A stretch of 63,120 bases of DNA from a virus (taxonomy: Duplodnaviria; Caudoviricetes). The stretch covers positions 1 through 63,120 of IMG/VR virus record IMGVR_UViG_3300045741_000433; one strand, 5' to 3'. Below are positions 1 through 10,975 of the stretch, piece after piece. The first letter of the stretch is position 1; the number at the start of each line of letters is the position of its first letter. The notes below the pieces were generated by a model. It ran no database searches. It saw only the letters and a program-made list of their open reading frames with translations, and was not told the DNA's origin. The translations under genes and the position numbers were made by a program.

Positions 1-1371
1 AAAGAATGGTATTGTGATAGCTGTTTTAGTGATAAATTTATAAGTTGTCCGAACTGTAATGAAGTTGTAGACAAAGATGCTTACTTGCCGCCAACAAATC
101 GCAATACTAGATCAATGAAACAAGGCGGCTGCAAAGTATGCAGTATCGAATGCTATGGTTGTGAAAAAATAATTGATAAAGATTATACATATCCAGCCGA
201 TGATCACGAATACTGCGAAGATTGTTATTCAGAATATTTTACAACATGTGAAGAATGCAATGATACAATTGATAGAGATAGTGCTAACTATGTTGAAGAT
301 GTTGGAGATTTTTGCAATACATGCTATAATGATAAATTTGTCACATGCGAATCTTGCGAAAAAACTATAGACAAAGAAGATGCATTAGAATTAGATAAAG
401 AATATTATTGTGAGGATTGCTATCAAAAAATAGCCCCAACTAATTATAAAGAATATACTCAAAATTTTGAAGACTTTTCTTATACTAAAAAAGATAAATA
501 TTTAAATATATTAGCAAAAATAGTTCCAATTTCAATTAAAGATTTAAAATCAAAATATCCATCTATGGCTAATGGTTTAAATGATTTAATCGTATTTGGT
601 AAAGGAAAGCCATTAACATTGGAATTAATTCAACAATATAGAGCAACTTTAAATCCTGAAGAATTTCCAGTTGAATATACAGCTTGGGCAGGATTACAAA
701 GATCTGTTGATAAGTTAGAGCAAAATCCAATTGATAAGCCTCAATTAGTTATTAATGTTTTGCCAAGCAATGAAATGTTGGACAAATTAAAAACTAATCC
801 TGCAATATATGATTTGTTTGATAAAATCAATACATTATCAAAACAATCAACTCATCCTTATGTAAAAGATCAAATTGGCTGGATTAGATTAGAATTAGAT
901 CCAAATGGCGAATATATTCTTGTTGATGAAATTCAAAGCGATCATTCAAATGCCAGTTTGAAATTAAAAAATCACGAAAATAATCTTGATATTAAAAAAA
1001 TACGTAGTAGTTTAAAAAACAAATATAATTTAGATGATGAAAGTTTAGATAAGTTATTAATTGAATATGCAACAATACTAAAAGATTTTCCTAATATAGC
1101 AACTGAAGCTGTTAATAAATTTGCTCGCAAAAACAATTTTAAAAAGATTTATTGGCACACTTATGAAAGTGGCAAAAAACTTAAAGATAATGAGCCGCCA
1201 AAATCTCTTTATGAGAAAGTGCCAAAAGAAAACTTTTTCTTACCTTCCCAAAATAAACCATTTGGATTAGAAGGAGAGTTTTTTGAAAAAGACGCTAAGA
1301 AAGCAAAAACATTATATAAATTAGCAAGAAAGCTATATTTTAGAAATGTTTTAAATAATATAAAGGTATAA
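1..1371 (+). CDS. Zn-finger-repeat protein with C-terminal DEIQSD domain; 5' end runs off the window
   Basis: Frame is open from base 1 (KEWYCDSC...); repeated CxxC pairs; GWIRLE...LVDEIQSD motif resembles phage polyvalent-protein domains. Confidence 0.6.
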   Translation, partial: KEWYCDSCFSDKFISCPNCNEVVDKDAYLPPTNRNTRSMKQGGCKVCSIECYGCEKIIDKDYTYPADDHEYCEDCYSEYFTTCEECNDTIDRDSANYVEDVGDFCNTCYNDKFVTCESCEKTIDKEDALELDKEYYCEDCYQKIAPTNYKEYTQNFEDFSYTKKDKYLNILAKIVPISIKDLKSKYPSMANGLNDLIVFGKGKPLTLELIQQYRATLNPEEFPVEYTAWAGLQRSVDKLEQNPIDKPQLVINVLPSNEMLDKLKTNPAIYDLFDKINTLSKQSTHPYVKDQIGWIRLELDPNGEYILVDEIQSDHSNASLKLKNHENNLDIKKIRSSLKNKYNLDDESLDKLLIEYATILKDFPNIATEAVNKFARKNNFKKIYWHTYESGKKLKDNEPPKSLYEKVPKENFFLPSQNKPFGLEGEFFEKDAKKAKTLYKLARKLYFRNVLNNIKV

Positions 1372-1452
1372 TTGATTCTATCAATTTCTATGTATTCTTT
1401 TACATTAAAGTAAGCTTATAATTTAGCAAACAATAATTTTATTGGAGATATC

Positions 1453-2388
1453 ATGCCAGCTCACATCCCATTTCCTTGTTCACACTCTACACTAACATCT
1501 CCTACGGGATTTGGTGGTAATAAAGTATTTTTAATGAATACTGGGTCTTGGCCAGGATTTTCTAACTATTTAAATCAAACCTGGACATGGAACGGAACAG
1601 ACTGGACCAGAGTTAATTCTGGAACAATAGATGCTGCCGGTCCATTACCTTTACGTACTGATGCTGCCATTAGCTACGATGGTTATAACGTTATGTTATT
1701 CGGTGGTCGTGGTGAAAGTGAAACTAGCGGTGTCCTTCAAGATACTTGGACATTCAACGGGACTACTTGGACTAAAGAAGCTCCAGCAACTGTACCATTC
1801 GGTAGATTCAAAGCTGAGTTATCTTTAATCACTGCCGCTGGCGCAAATAAGGCTGTCATGTTCGGCGGACACAATATCTTAAACTTATTAAATGAAACTT
1901 GGGTTTGGAACGGTTCTGCAAAGACTTGGACCCTTGCAACTCCAACTACTCCTCCACCAGCCAGAATTGATCATATGCTTGCAAACGGATCAACATTCTG
2001 CGTATTATTTGGTGGTAAAGGAATTAATAGCTTATTCGGTGATACTTGGAAGTTTGACGGAGCCCAATGGACTCAATTAACTCCAACTACTCCTCCACCA
2101 GCAAGAGCAGAAGCAGCGTTTGCTTTTGATACCACTCGTACCCAATATGTTATGTTCGGTGGAAGAAATGATAATAACATATTAGGAGCCGAAACTTGGT
2201 TACTTAATAGCACAGGAACTGCTTGGACTAAAGCTGCCCCAGCAACTAGCCCATCTGCCAGAGTAGGCGCTCAAATGACCTTTGATACTCAATCTGGAAA
2301 CATTATCATGTTCGGTGGAAATGATGTTGCTGGAAACTCATTCAGCGATACTTGGTCTTGGAACGGAACTACCTGGACCCAATTATGA
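1453..2388 (+). CDS. Kelch-repeat beta-propeller protein
   Basis: Repeated MFGG...DTWxWNGxxW units. Confidence 0.85.
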   Translation: MPAHIPFPCSHSTLTSPTGFGGNKVFLMNTGSWPGFSNYLNQTWTWNGTDWTRVNSGTIDAAGPLPLRTDAAISYDGYNVMLFGGRGESETSGVLQDTWTFNGTTWTKEAPATVPFGRFKAELSLITAAGANKAVMFGGHNILNLLNETWVWNGSAKTWTLATPTTPPPARIDHMLANGSTFCVLFGGKGINSLFGDTWKFDGAQWTQLTPTTPPPARAEAAFAFDTTRTQYVMFGGRNDNNILGAETWLLNSTGTAWTKAAPATSPSARVGAQMTFDTQSGNIIMFGGNDVAGNSFSDTWSWNGTTWTQL

Positions 2389-2431
2389 AAAATCCGGTTT
2401 AGCTTGATATATAGTGTTTTGGAGGTCAGGA

Positions 2432-3352
2432 ATGACAATCGAAACACCCATAAAAGAAAACAGAATTTATTTCATTTATTGTATTACAAATTTAATAAAT
2501 AATAAAAATTATATTGGACAAACTGTAGATCCATCTTCAAGATGGCGAGGCCATCGAAGAGATTCTGCCAATCCAAAAGTTCCAATACAATTTGCTATCA
2601 AAAAATATGGCTCTCATAATTTTAAATTTACAATAATTGCATCTTGCAAAACACAAGAGGATGCCAACGAATTAGAAACATTATTAGTTTCACAATATGA
2701 AAGTCATGTCTCAACTGGTAAAGGATACAATGCCACCCATGGTGGCATGAATGCACCTAAAACTGAAGCTTGGAAACAAATGATGCGAGATCATTGGGCA
2801 GACCCAGAATGGCGAGACAATCAAATTAAATCTCTAATTCAAGCGCAAGCCGTTCGCACTCCAGAAGAAAAAGAGCAAACCGCTCAATTATTATCCGAAA
2901 TATTTTCTGGAAGACACTTATCACCTGACACTGAATTCAAATCAGGTCATAAATTATCTGAAGATATAATTAATAAAATTTCTGCATCACTTCAGGACCG
3001 AGAGGCTTGGAATAAAGATACGATAGAAATTATGAAACCAAATGAAACAAGTTTTCAAGTTGGAAATATTCCTTATAATAAAGGAACAAATATGACCAAT
3101 TCTGGAAGCTTTACAACAGGACACATTCCATGGAGTAAAGGCAAAACTTATAAAAAGAAAAATATTTCTTTAGGTGAAAATACCTCAAGAGCCAAATTAA
3201 ATTCACAACAAGTTTTAGAAATAGTAAAATTATATAGAGAGAATGAATTGTCTCAACAAGAGATAGCTGAAAAGTTTAATATTAATAGAACTGCTGTAAG
3301 TGGAATTTTAACTGGTAGAAACTGGAATCATATAACTAATATAAAAAATTAA
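2432..3352 (+). CDS. GIY-YIG homing endonuclease with NUMOD3-like repeats and C-terminal HTH
   Basis: FIYCITNLINNKNYIGQT; F-x-x-G-H/N-I-P-W/Y repeats. Confidence 0.85.
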   Translation: MTIETPIKENRIYFIYCITNLINNKNYIGQTVDPSSRWRGHRRDSANPKVPIQFAIKKYGSHNFKFTIIASCKTQEDANELETLLVSQYESHVSTGKGYNATHGGMNAPKTEAWKQMMRDHWADPEWRDNQIKSLIQAQAVRTPEEKEQTAQLLSEIFSGRHLSPDTEFKSGHKLSEDIINKISASLQDREAWNKDTIEIMKPNETSFQVGNIPYNKGTNMTNSGSFTTGHIPWSKGKTYKKKNISLGENTSRAKLNSQQVLEIVKLYRENELSQQEIAEKFNINRTAVSGILTGRNWNHITNIKN

Positions 3353-3647
3353 AGATATCCTTTATCTTTACCCCAATCAATCCAAGCCTGACATACAGAA
3401 TAAAAATCTCCCGTATATTCATCTAGAATATATGGGAGTTCTTTTTTGTCTACAATATCATGTAATATTTCTATCCAACTCCAACTTCTATTAACTCTGT
3501 TAAGAATTAAAGGAATTAATATTTCTGGATTTTTAATAGCCCAATTTAAAATTACTTTATAATAAACGTTATCTACATCTATAAAAGAATTATATTTAGT
3601 TTTTTCTTCTAATAAATTAGCAATTAAATCAAAAATTTGAATTTGAT

Positions 3648-3848
3648 TTAGCAAGTATATCCCCAACCTTGACCTGGGCAGAAACAAGAGTTTCCAACCG
3701 GCGTCCAATTAACTAAATAGCAACGAATTACTCCATTACCATCACAACATTGACGAGAATAAACTACTTGTGCATCAGCCTTTTGTTCGGGCAATACAAC
3801 AGCAACACCAATGACAGCAGCTAATAAAATTCCAAATAATTTCTTCAT
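3648..3848 (-). CDS. Small secreted Cys-rich protein
   Basis: Signal peptide, 6 Cys, GGAG RBS. Confidence 0.55.
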   Translation of the reverse strand: MKKLFGILLAAVIGVAVVLPEQKADAQVVYSRQCCDGNGVIRCYLVNWTPVGNSCFCPGQGWGYTC

Positions 3849-4084
3849 TTCTTTCTCCTATTTAATTATATAACAAAATCAATCAAACTCTCCCATATCT
3901 TCTAATTCATTATGAAGATCTATGGCGTCTTGAATTGGCATATCAAATTGCTTGGCAACATCATTATCATCTGGCCTACGCCCAGAAAGATGCTCTTGAA
4001 GAACCCAATCTAATACTGCTAACATTAGTTCGGCTCTATCTTTATATTTTCCGCAATAAGAATATTTAATCATAATAACTTTCT

Positions 4085-4106
4085 TGGTAGGCAGTAAGGG
4101 TTACGA
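4085..4106 (-). pseudogene. 3' fragment of a Val-like tRNA
   Basis: rc TCGTAACCCTTACTGCCTACCA resembles the 3' end of tRNA-Val at 4748. Confidence 0.5.
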
Positions 4107-4108
4107 TT

Positions 4109-4116
4109 GATATATA
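4109..4116 (+). promoter_or_regulatory. Example of recurrent phage promoter-like motif G[AT]TATATA
   Basis: Also at 2406 and 30218 (+) and 5343, 13628, 23052, 27691, 28571, 44439 (-), each just upstream of a gene or tRNA. Confidence 0.55.
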
Positions 4117-4123
4117 ACCTATC

Positions 4124-4606
4124 ATGGAACAAATCACTAAGAAATGCGGTTGGTGCGATAAAAATTTTACGGTTGATTCTTATACTCACAAAAGAGGTAA
4201 TGGTAAATTTTGTTCTCTAACTTGTGTAGGCTTTCATACGGCCAACAAAAATAAACCTCAACCTAATACTGAGTGTGCCTACTGCCAAACTCCTCTGTAT
4301 CGAAATGCAACAGCTTTAAAAAAATCTAAATCCAAAATCTTCTTCTGTTCAATGGAACACAAAGTGTTATCACAGTCATATGGTGGTCCACTATACAATG
4401 ATACAGTTATGAAAGATTATAGACTCATTGTATTTAGAAGCGGACGACCCAAAATCTGCGCCAATCCTAGCTGTAGAATTAACGATTTAGATGTGCTAAA
4501 AGTACATCACAAAGATATGAATCACTCGAATAACGAGTTGGACAATCTTGAAATTCTTTGTGCCAACTGTCATACAAAGGAACATAAGAAGCGTGGTCTC
4601 CGGTGA
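4124..4606 (+). CDS. HNH endonuclease
   Basis: VHHKDMNHSNN...LCANCH; Zn-ribbon N-terminus; stop codon lies inside the antisense tRNA-Val. Confidence 0.85.
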   Translation: MEQITKKCGWCDKNFTVDSYTHKRGNGKFCSLTCVGFHTANKNKPQPNTECAYCQTPLYRNATALKKSKSKIFFCSMEHKVLSQSYGGPLYNDTVMKDYRLIVFRSGRPKICANPSCRINDLDVLKVHHKDMNHSNNELDNLEILCANCHTKEHKKRGLR

Positions 4607-4667
4607 GGGAATCGAACCCACGTATTCTGCGAGTCAAGCAGATGCTCTTCCATTGAGCTAACCGGAG
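4594..4667 (-). tRNA. tRNA-Val(GAC)
   Basis: Cloverleaf, loop TTGACTC, CCA. Confidence 0.9.
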
Positions 4668-4669
4668 AT

Positions 4670-4744
4670 TGGTTGGAGATAAGGGAATCGAACCCTAAAT
4701 CTTCTGAGTGTAAAACAGATATTCTACCACTGAACTAATCTCCA
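4670..4744 (-). tRNA. tRNA-Val(TAC)
   Basis: Loop TTTACAC, CCA. Confidence 0.88.
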
Positions 4745-4747
4745 ATA

Positions 4748-4823
4748 TGGTAGGCGATAAGGGATTCGAACCCCTGACTTCAACCGTGTAAAGGTTGCAC
4801 TCTAGCCGCTGAGTTAATCGCCC
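4748..4823 (-). tRNA. tRNA-Val(TAC)
   Basis: CAACC-TTTACAC-GGTTG, CCA. Confidence 0.93.
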
Positions 4824-4865
4824 ATGTTGCGGTATTTAATATACCACTAAAATCATATATCTTGT

Positions 4866-5255
4866 ATGAAAAAATATCAAGCCCAACTTTTAAAATTAGC
4901 TAATAAGTTTTATAATAAATACGCCCAATCTCAAACACTTGAACAAATTATTGAAAATGCTGCAAGTTATGGTGAAGGTGGTGCTAATGGTATTATGAAT
5001 TTCCAAGCACAATTAGATAAAGATAATGCAAACTTGCTTCTTGTTTTAATTATTAGCACAGATAATGTTGGCGGATATGATTTTACTGTTGGAAATGCTA
5101 TTACCAATCCACCACAATTTACACAAAACTATTCTAAACTTGGCCCTCAAGTTAAAAGCTATCTTGAAAAAAATATTAATAATTTCCCTCAAATTCAACC
5201 AGGAACTTATGAATTAAACTTTGGTCCTAAAAATCCTAGAATAGCTAAATTATAA
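4866..5255 (+). CDS. Hypothetical protein with shared N-terminal helix
   Basis: ORF; LLKLANKFYNKYA. Confidence 0.6.
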   Translation: MKKYQAQLLKLANKFYNKYAQSQTLEQIIENAASYGEGGANGIMNFQAQLDKDNANLLLVLIISTDNVGGYDFTVGNAITNPPQFTQNYSKLGPQVKSYLEKNINNFPQIQPGTYELNFGPKNPRIAKL

Positions 5256-5257
5256 AT

Positions 5258-5332
5258 TAGTCGTGGTGATGGGAATCGAACCCATTCAATACCGCTTATG
5301 AGACGGTTGCACATCCAATATGCTACACCACG
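5258..5332 (-). tRNA. tRNA-Met/Ile2(CAT)
   Basis: ACCGT-CTCATAA-GCGGT; 3' end ACTA. Confidence 0.85.
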
Positions 5333-5571
5333 ATGCTTGCATTATATATCACATTATTCCTTGATTTGTGGTCCCTTACCTTCAAGCATGTGAATTAAAT
5401 GCAATAAAGCGTCCTGGGCTCCCTGAAGATATTCGGGACAATCTTTATTAACATTTAATGTTGGTGCTCCCAAACTTAATGCCTCTAATTCTAAATCGGA
5501 ATTAACTTCTTGATGTGGCATTAAAAAAGATATTCTAAATGCTGCCATTCTAACTTTAGCTTCATTATTCA

Positions 5572-6201
5572 TTAAAAATCCTTAAAAGATAATTGCTTTG
5601 GATTTACAATCTCCATATTTTTCATAGGAGCATATGACATCCTATGTAATGGACTTGGACCAAATTTCCCAATAGCAACTAAATGATCTTTACTCCCATA
5701 GCCAACATTATGATCCCAGCCATACATCGAATGCAAATTATGAAGATTCTTCATCTTTTCATCACGATAAGTTTTAGCCAATATTGATGCGGCCATAACA
5801 GCAGGAATTTTAGTATCAGCTTTAATTAGAGATACCTTATCATAAGCATCGACACCAAGATTGTCAAATTTTAAAATTCCGTCTGAAATTATTAACGAAT
5901 CTTGTTGATAAAGTTTATGAAAACATTCAACATAAGCGTCCTTTAAAGCTATTGCTACTCCTACTTTATCAATCTCAGTATTAGATCTTTCAGCTAAATG
6001 CCAAGTAATTTCTTTTTTTAAAATTGCTTCATTAAGTTTGGTGCGCATTGCCTCGCGTTTCTTTTCCGATAATTTCTTAGAATCGTTTAGGCCGTCTAGA
6101 GACCAACCTTTTGGCGCCCTGACTCCAACTACAACTAACGGACCAGCAAGGCAACCATACCCAACTTCATCACAGCCTACTATAAAGGTCTTCTCAGTCA
6201 T
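5572..6201 (-). CDS. rnhB: Ribonuclease HII
   Basis: GCDEVGYGCLAGP, LNDSKKLS, AASILAK, GYGSKDH. Confidence 0.93.
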   Translation of the reverse strand: MTEKTFIVGCDEVGYGCLAGPLVVVGVRAPKGWSLDGLNDSKKLSEKKREAMRTKLNEAILKKEITWHLAERSNTEIDKVGVAIALKDAYVECFHKLYQQDSLIISDGILKFDNLGVDAYDKVSLIKADTKIPAVMAASILAKTYRDEKMKNLHNLHSMYGWDHNVGYGSKDHLVAIGKFGPSPLHRMSYAPMKNMEIVNPKQLSFKDF

Positions 6202-6223
6202 ATTACTATCCTTGTATTAAAGC

Positions 6224-6535
6224 ATGAGTTTCAATAAAATATCTGAATTAGTTGATGAATTTGTTATTAAAATAGCAGAACATCAATATGATAGCAAAGC
6301 TCCTGCCGATAAAAAAGCTTCAGATTTTGAACCAGACGAAGCTGAGTTTATTAGATCGCTATCTAAAAAAGATAATAATCAAGCTAAAGATGAAAATAAT
6401 ATTGATGAAAAGATTTGGTCACGAGCCAAAAAGGCTGTAAAGAAATACTGGAAAGGTTATGAAGAACCTTGGGCAGTAGTCTATGACGTCTATCGTAAAA
6501 TGGGCGGAAAGCCCCAAAAGAAAAAGAAGAAATAA
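6224..6535 (+). CDS. Hypothetical protein
   Basis: ORF; WSRAKKAV...VYRKMGG. Confidence 0.6.
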   Translation: MSFNKISELVDEFVIKIAEHQYDSKAPADKKASDFEPDEAEFIRSLSKKDNNQAKDENNIDEKIWSRAKKAVKKYWKGYEEPWAVVYDVYRKMGGKPQKKKKK

Positions 6536-7228
6536 TTATCCTGGCCAAGGATAAGATATAATCACCTCTAATCCATCAATGAAGGTTTTCTTCAATAAAG
6601 GATCTTCTGGAAGATCACAATAATAAATTCCTGGCCATGATCCAGTGCTTTTATCTAAAAGGTCTGCCATATCTCTAAGAGCTTTAATAGTTCTTTTTCT
6701 TAATTCATCATCACCAACTGTCATTCTTAAATTATGGAATTTATCATGACTATCAATTTTTCGTAAGCATTGTGCTTTATAAAAAGTTAAAAAGTTTTCT
6801 AAATCTTTATCGCCAATCTCTTTTGCAAATTTAATTTTTTCATCAAGTAGTTCATCTGATTTTTGAGACGGCGATTTATATTGAGGGGCATCTGGATTAT
6901 ATAATTCTTTTTCAGGAATGTCTTCATACCGATCAAATAGATTATTTATCCGCTCGCTTGGCTCACCACGTCTAGCAAACTCTTCTCTAATTTCTTTATA
7001 TTTGCTTTTAAAGCTTGGAAGATAATTAATATATCTATATGTAAGATGCAATAATGTATACATTGCAGATGTACTAACTCTAGATAAAATCATATCACGT
7101 ATAATTGAATCTACAGCTTCAAATTTTTTTTCAGAACATAATGGAATTATTACATCAAATAATTGATCAACACCATCTGCTCTACTAGATACACATTGTT
7201 TATATAAGTTATCAAGAAATTCTTTCAC
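6536..7228 (-). CDS. Hypothetical protein
   Basis: 230-aa ORF in operon. Confidence 0.6.
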   Translation of the reverse strand: MKEFLDNLYKQCVSSRADGVDQLFDVIIPLCSEKKFEAVDSIIRDMILSRVSTSAMYTLLHLTYRYINYLPSFKSKYKEIREEFARRGEPSERINNLFDRYEDIPEKELYNPDAPQYKSPSQKSDELLDEKIKFAKEIGDKDLENFLTFYKAQCLRKIDSHDKFHNLRMTVGDDELRKRTIKALRDMADLLDKSTGSWPGIYYCDLPEDPLLKKTFIDGLEVIISYPWPG

Positions 7229-7998
7229 AACTAGCCTCCATTACTTTTAGTGCCGCCATTGGATCGCAACCATAAAGGCCTGATGCCCACGCTTGATTGG
7301 TTTCAATAATTGCCAACCCTCTGCCTCGTATTCTTCCAATGTCTATAACAGAAGGTTTACGAATACAATAGACCGCAAACTTCTCGCGCAACTCTTCGAA
7401 AACTTTCTTGGTAGAAATCTTGTCATCAATATTAACGTGAGCTAATTTGGCAAGCTCAGGATTTACATTCTTGTGAAAATGTTCATCAGAAATATAAATT
7501 AAGATTGGGTGTTTTGCATTTGGCATTTTAACATTGCGAGCATAATATAATGCTGACAATTCGTAAGCCTCATGAGCGCCTTCAGGTCCAGCCCCTCCAC
7601 CAATAACGAATTGTTTCAATTCATCTTCCATCTTCCATCTTACGACCTTTTACAAATTCTCTAACTTGTAAGGGGTAAGTATCTTCTTGATCAGCTGTGG
7701 CTGCAAAACTAATCTCACAATCAGGTCCAAGATATTCTTTCGCTTCATTATCTAAGTAAGGAAGCTTAGAAAAAATAGTTGCCGGCCAATCTCCCATTGA
7801 TCCTGTAACATCACAAAGAATAACTACTGGTGCCTTAGCATCTGTCTTAAGTTTTTTAGGAACCATGTCTGAAGCTGCCTTATTAGCAATCTTTGCTGCA
7901 TCATAGGCACGCCCTGCATGCTGGTCATAGCTCTTTCGAGCCGCTGTAAAATCATAACCTTTCCAATCGCCTGGGCTGTAATCTGATGTTTCTGACAT
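7212..7998 (-). pseudogene. vWA-domain gene split by a 7-bp duplication, ending in an ATP-grasp-like tail
   Basis: CDVTGSM MIDAS in 7621-7998 continues in another frame (EAYELSALYY); ATGGAAG duplicated at the junction. Confidence 0.7.
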
Positions 7999-8074
7999 AA
8001 TCTTATCTCCTATAATCTATCATTTATGAATAGTTAAGTGGCAAAAACTTGCGCTATCAATCAAAACTGATTGA

Positions 8075-9070
8075 TTAACTATTAAATCCTGCAATGTCTT
8101 TCATTCCCGATCTTGTGCGACCAAAAGAATCATAACGAACTTTAACAAAATCTTCAAACAAATCTTTTTGAGGTCTTTGCAAAACATCCCTCTTAACTAA
8201 AGAAGAAATGAAATTTGCCATAGGATCTGGCACTGAAGCTGGTACTTCTTTCTTATCTAGTCTTTTGCCGCCATTTAGCGCATAAATCATTAACATGCCC
8301 GCACTATAATAATCAGATGCTGGCAACAACGTTTTGCCATCAATTTGTTCTGGAGAGGCAAAAGTTGGAGTATATCCAATAGACTTATCAGAACTACCTG
8401 GACGAACCATTGCTAAACCAAAATCAACTAATACAACTGAATGCGTCTTTGGTTGAATGATAACATTTTGTGGCTTAATATCACCATGAATAACTCCATG
8501 GTGATGAAGATAAAGTAAAGCATTAAAAATACGCTCAGAAATCCAAGCGGTTGTTTCTGGATCAATCTTTCCGGCCTTCTCTACTATTTGTTCTAAAGTA
8601 TAACCAGGAATATAAGACATGATAAGGGCGAGACTGCCATCATCAAGTCTTTGAAGATCGCGCATAACTGGGAGAGCATAATGCCTTAGGTCCCAAATTG
8701 ACTTCATTTCTTGAATAAGAACCGCATCATGTGCGGGTGAGACCATGGAGCAATGTTTGATACACACAGGGTCTTTTGTGATAATGTGTTCGCCTTTGTA
8801 AGTAGAACCGAAGCCTCCTTCAGCGATTGATTCAAGAACACGATAGCTTCCAATAATGGCTCCCTTCTTGTTTTGAAGATCTTTATCAAATTTTTTCCTT
8901 TTGTTTGAATCGGAAAGAATTTCATAGGCTGCATTTAATTCCTTTGCTTTAGCTTCATTACCAGAATGATCTGGATGATGTAATTTTATTAATGCTTGGT
9001 ATGCAGCTTTAATAACAGTAACGCTTGCTCTATTACTTACTTCCAAAACTTTATACGGATCATTATTCAT
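8075..9070 (-). CDS. DnaJ-domain Ser/Thr protein kinase
   Basis: HPD J-domain; GGFG, HGDIKPQN, DFG. Confidence 0.92.
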   Translation of the reverse strand: MNNDPYKVLEVSNRASVTVIKAAYQALIKLHHPDHSGNEAKAKELNAAYEILSDSNKRKKFDKDLQNKKGAIIGSYRVLESIAEGGFGSTYKGEHIITKDPVCIKHCSMVSPAHDAVLIQEMKSIWDLRHYALPVMRDLQRLDDGSLALIMSYIPGYTLEQIVEKAGKIDPETTAWISERIFNALLYLHHHGVIHGDIKPQNVIIQPKTHSVVLVDFGLAMVRPGSSDKSIGYTPTFASPEQIDGKTLLPASDYYSAGMLMIYALNGGKRLDKKEVPASVPDPMANFISSLVKRDVLQRPQKDLFEDFVKVRYDSFGRTRSGMKDIAGFNS

Positions 9071-9890
9071 AAATCTACCTTACAATGAGAATAATCATTA
9101 AAATTACCACGTCAAGACAAAAGTAATTTTTAAAATTAAATAAGAAATGGTCTTCCAGAAATCAAATCATTTAAAGCAACAGAGAACTTTACCATATCTT
9201 TTGCTTGATCTTTAAATCCATTATCAGAAAGCTCATCTGCAACATCACTAGAAATTTCAGAAAGCTCACGCATAACTTCTTGGGCAGTATAATTCATTAA
9301 AATATCTTTCAAAATTTGTCTATCTTTAATCAACATTACTATTGCCTTTCTAAAAGTTAAAAAGAAAATGGGGGCAGATAGCCCCCATTTGAATTAATAT
9401 AAAGTTATAAATTAGTTAATGCTTAACATGGCGGCTGTTTTAATATTGCTTTCATATTCTGAAATCAATTTTATACAGTCATTGGCTTGACTAACAGCAT
9501 CACCAAAATAAGCATTTTTACAAATACTAGTTAAAAAGCTCTTAATAAGCGGCAATGATTGCTGTTTTACTATGCCTGTTTTAATGGACTCTTCAACTCC
9601 AAGTTCTAAAATATTTTGAATTTGATTTTGAACTTGCCATCCTAACTTATTAAATTCTTGACAAATATTAATAATATCAGAGATGTCTAAAGGTATTGAA
9701 AATTCTTCTTCATCGGTGGAGGTTGTGCTAACTAATGTTAGCGCTTCTAAATCGTGTGCAGTCATTGTGCAACTCCATTTTATTATAAACAAGTAAAACA
9801 ATTAAGTAAAATTAAGAATATATTTATTGCCTCCTATTGGATATTAATAATATGTTATTTTATTAATAAATAAAATGCAATAAGAATATA

Positions 9891-10226
9891 TCAACCTAAT
9901 TTTTTACTTGCTTTAATTGCACTATCTAAATCGGAATTTATTACTTTATACAAATCATCTGTAGAATATCCTGGATGAGCAGTACCAGTTGAATGAAAAA
10001 TTTCTGCCTTAATATGACAATCAGAGCACAATGAGATTCCATTCTGAACTACATAGCCGCCATTAGGAAGTAAATTACGATCTGTAATATGGTGCGCATC
10101 TAAATCTTCTTCAGCGTTCTCTGGAGAAGATTTAAATTTACACATAGCACAACAATACTTATCACGCTTATAACAAGCATCTCTAAATGCTTTTCTAATT
10201 AGCTTTTTTTCTGTACCCATAATCAA
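9891..10226 (-). CDS. HNH endonuclease
   Basis: RDKYCCAMC, AHHI, NGISLCSDCH. Confidence 0.85.
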   Translation of the reverse strand: MIMGTEKKLIRKAFRDACYKRDKYCCAMCKFKSSPENAEEDLDAHHITDRNLLPNGGYVVQNGISLCSDCHIKAEIFHSTGTAHPGYSTDDLYKVINSDLDSAIKASKKLG

Positions 10227-10723
10227 CCATCAAGTTCCTCATAAATAACATCAAAACCATATTCTTCATATAATTTCAATAAGCTATCATGAACTTCAGG
10301 GTACTTTGCAGAAAGATTCGTAACAGCATTCTTGCCATCATGAACTTCATAGAAAACATCTTGTAAAATATTACTTCCACAAATTTTTTCTAAACGATCT
10401 AACTCAGAAGTTAGATCTTCTAAATCAGACTCTAAATTTTCAGAAGGTAACTCTTCTACTTTAACTACTTTTTTGGTTAAAGCAAATGGAACGTGCTTCC
10501 AGGGTTGCTCTACAAATTTTTCTCTAGATGCAGTTTTGCTAGAAGCAAAATGAATTAATACTTGATGTTCTCCAATTCTATCTGGAACAGAATTTAAAAC
10601 ATCAACATTCATATACTTAACATAAACTGCTAGTTTTGAGCTTTCATCCAATCCAACATCAAAAAACCAGTCGCGTCCTTTGAACATTTGACTAAGCTCG
10701 GCAAGACCTTGATTAATTTCCAT
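10223..10723 (-). CDS. Hypothetical protein
   Basis: ORF with GAGG RBS and upstream TTGAC promoter. Confidence 0.65.
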   Translation of the reverse strand: MEINQGLAELSQMFKGRDWFFDVGLDESSKLAVYVKYMNVDVLNSVPDRIGEHQVLIHFASSKTASREKFVEQPWKHVPFALTKKVVKVEELPSENLESDLEDLTSELDRLEKICGSNILQDVFYEVHDGKNAVTNLSAKYPEVHDSLLKLYEEYGFDVIYEELDG

Positions 10724-10807
10724 AATTTATCCTCAATTGCAAATAAAATAATCATGCACAATAAAAAGTCAAGGCGCCGACAATCTTTAAAATTGTAAGC
10801 GCCTATT

Positions 10808-10878
10808 TGGCAGGATCGGAGAGAATCGAACTCTCTTCCAGAGATTTGGAGTTTCTGTTGCCACCTTGGCTCGACCCC
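10808..10878 (-). tRNA. tRNA-Trp(CCA)
   Basis: Loop CTCCAAA, G73-CCA. Confidence 0.8.
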
Positions 10879-10881
10879 ATA

Positions 10882-10975
10882 TAGTCTATAATAAAAGAGG
10901 ACTCGAACCTCATTCCCTTAGGAGCCCTACCCTATCTCGGGAGGCATAGTCGCCTAACTATGATTAGTATTATAG
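10882..10975 (-). ncRNA. Non-canonical tRNA-like RNA
   Basis: 8-bp end pairing CTATAATA/TATTATAG, T-arm GAGG-TTCGAGT-CCTC, 7-bp D-like hairpin, no canonical anticodon loop. Confidence 0.55.

Noticed and set aside
10882-10975. Selenocysteine tRNA
   Set aside because: No UCA anticodon and no G73-CCA end.
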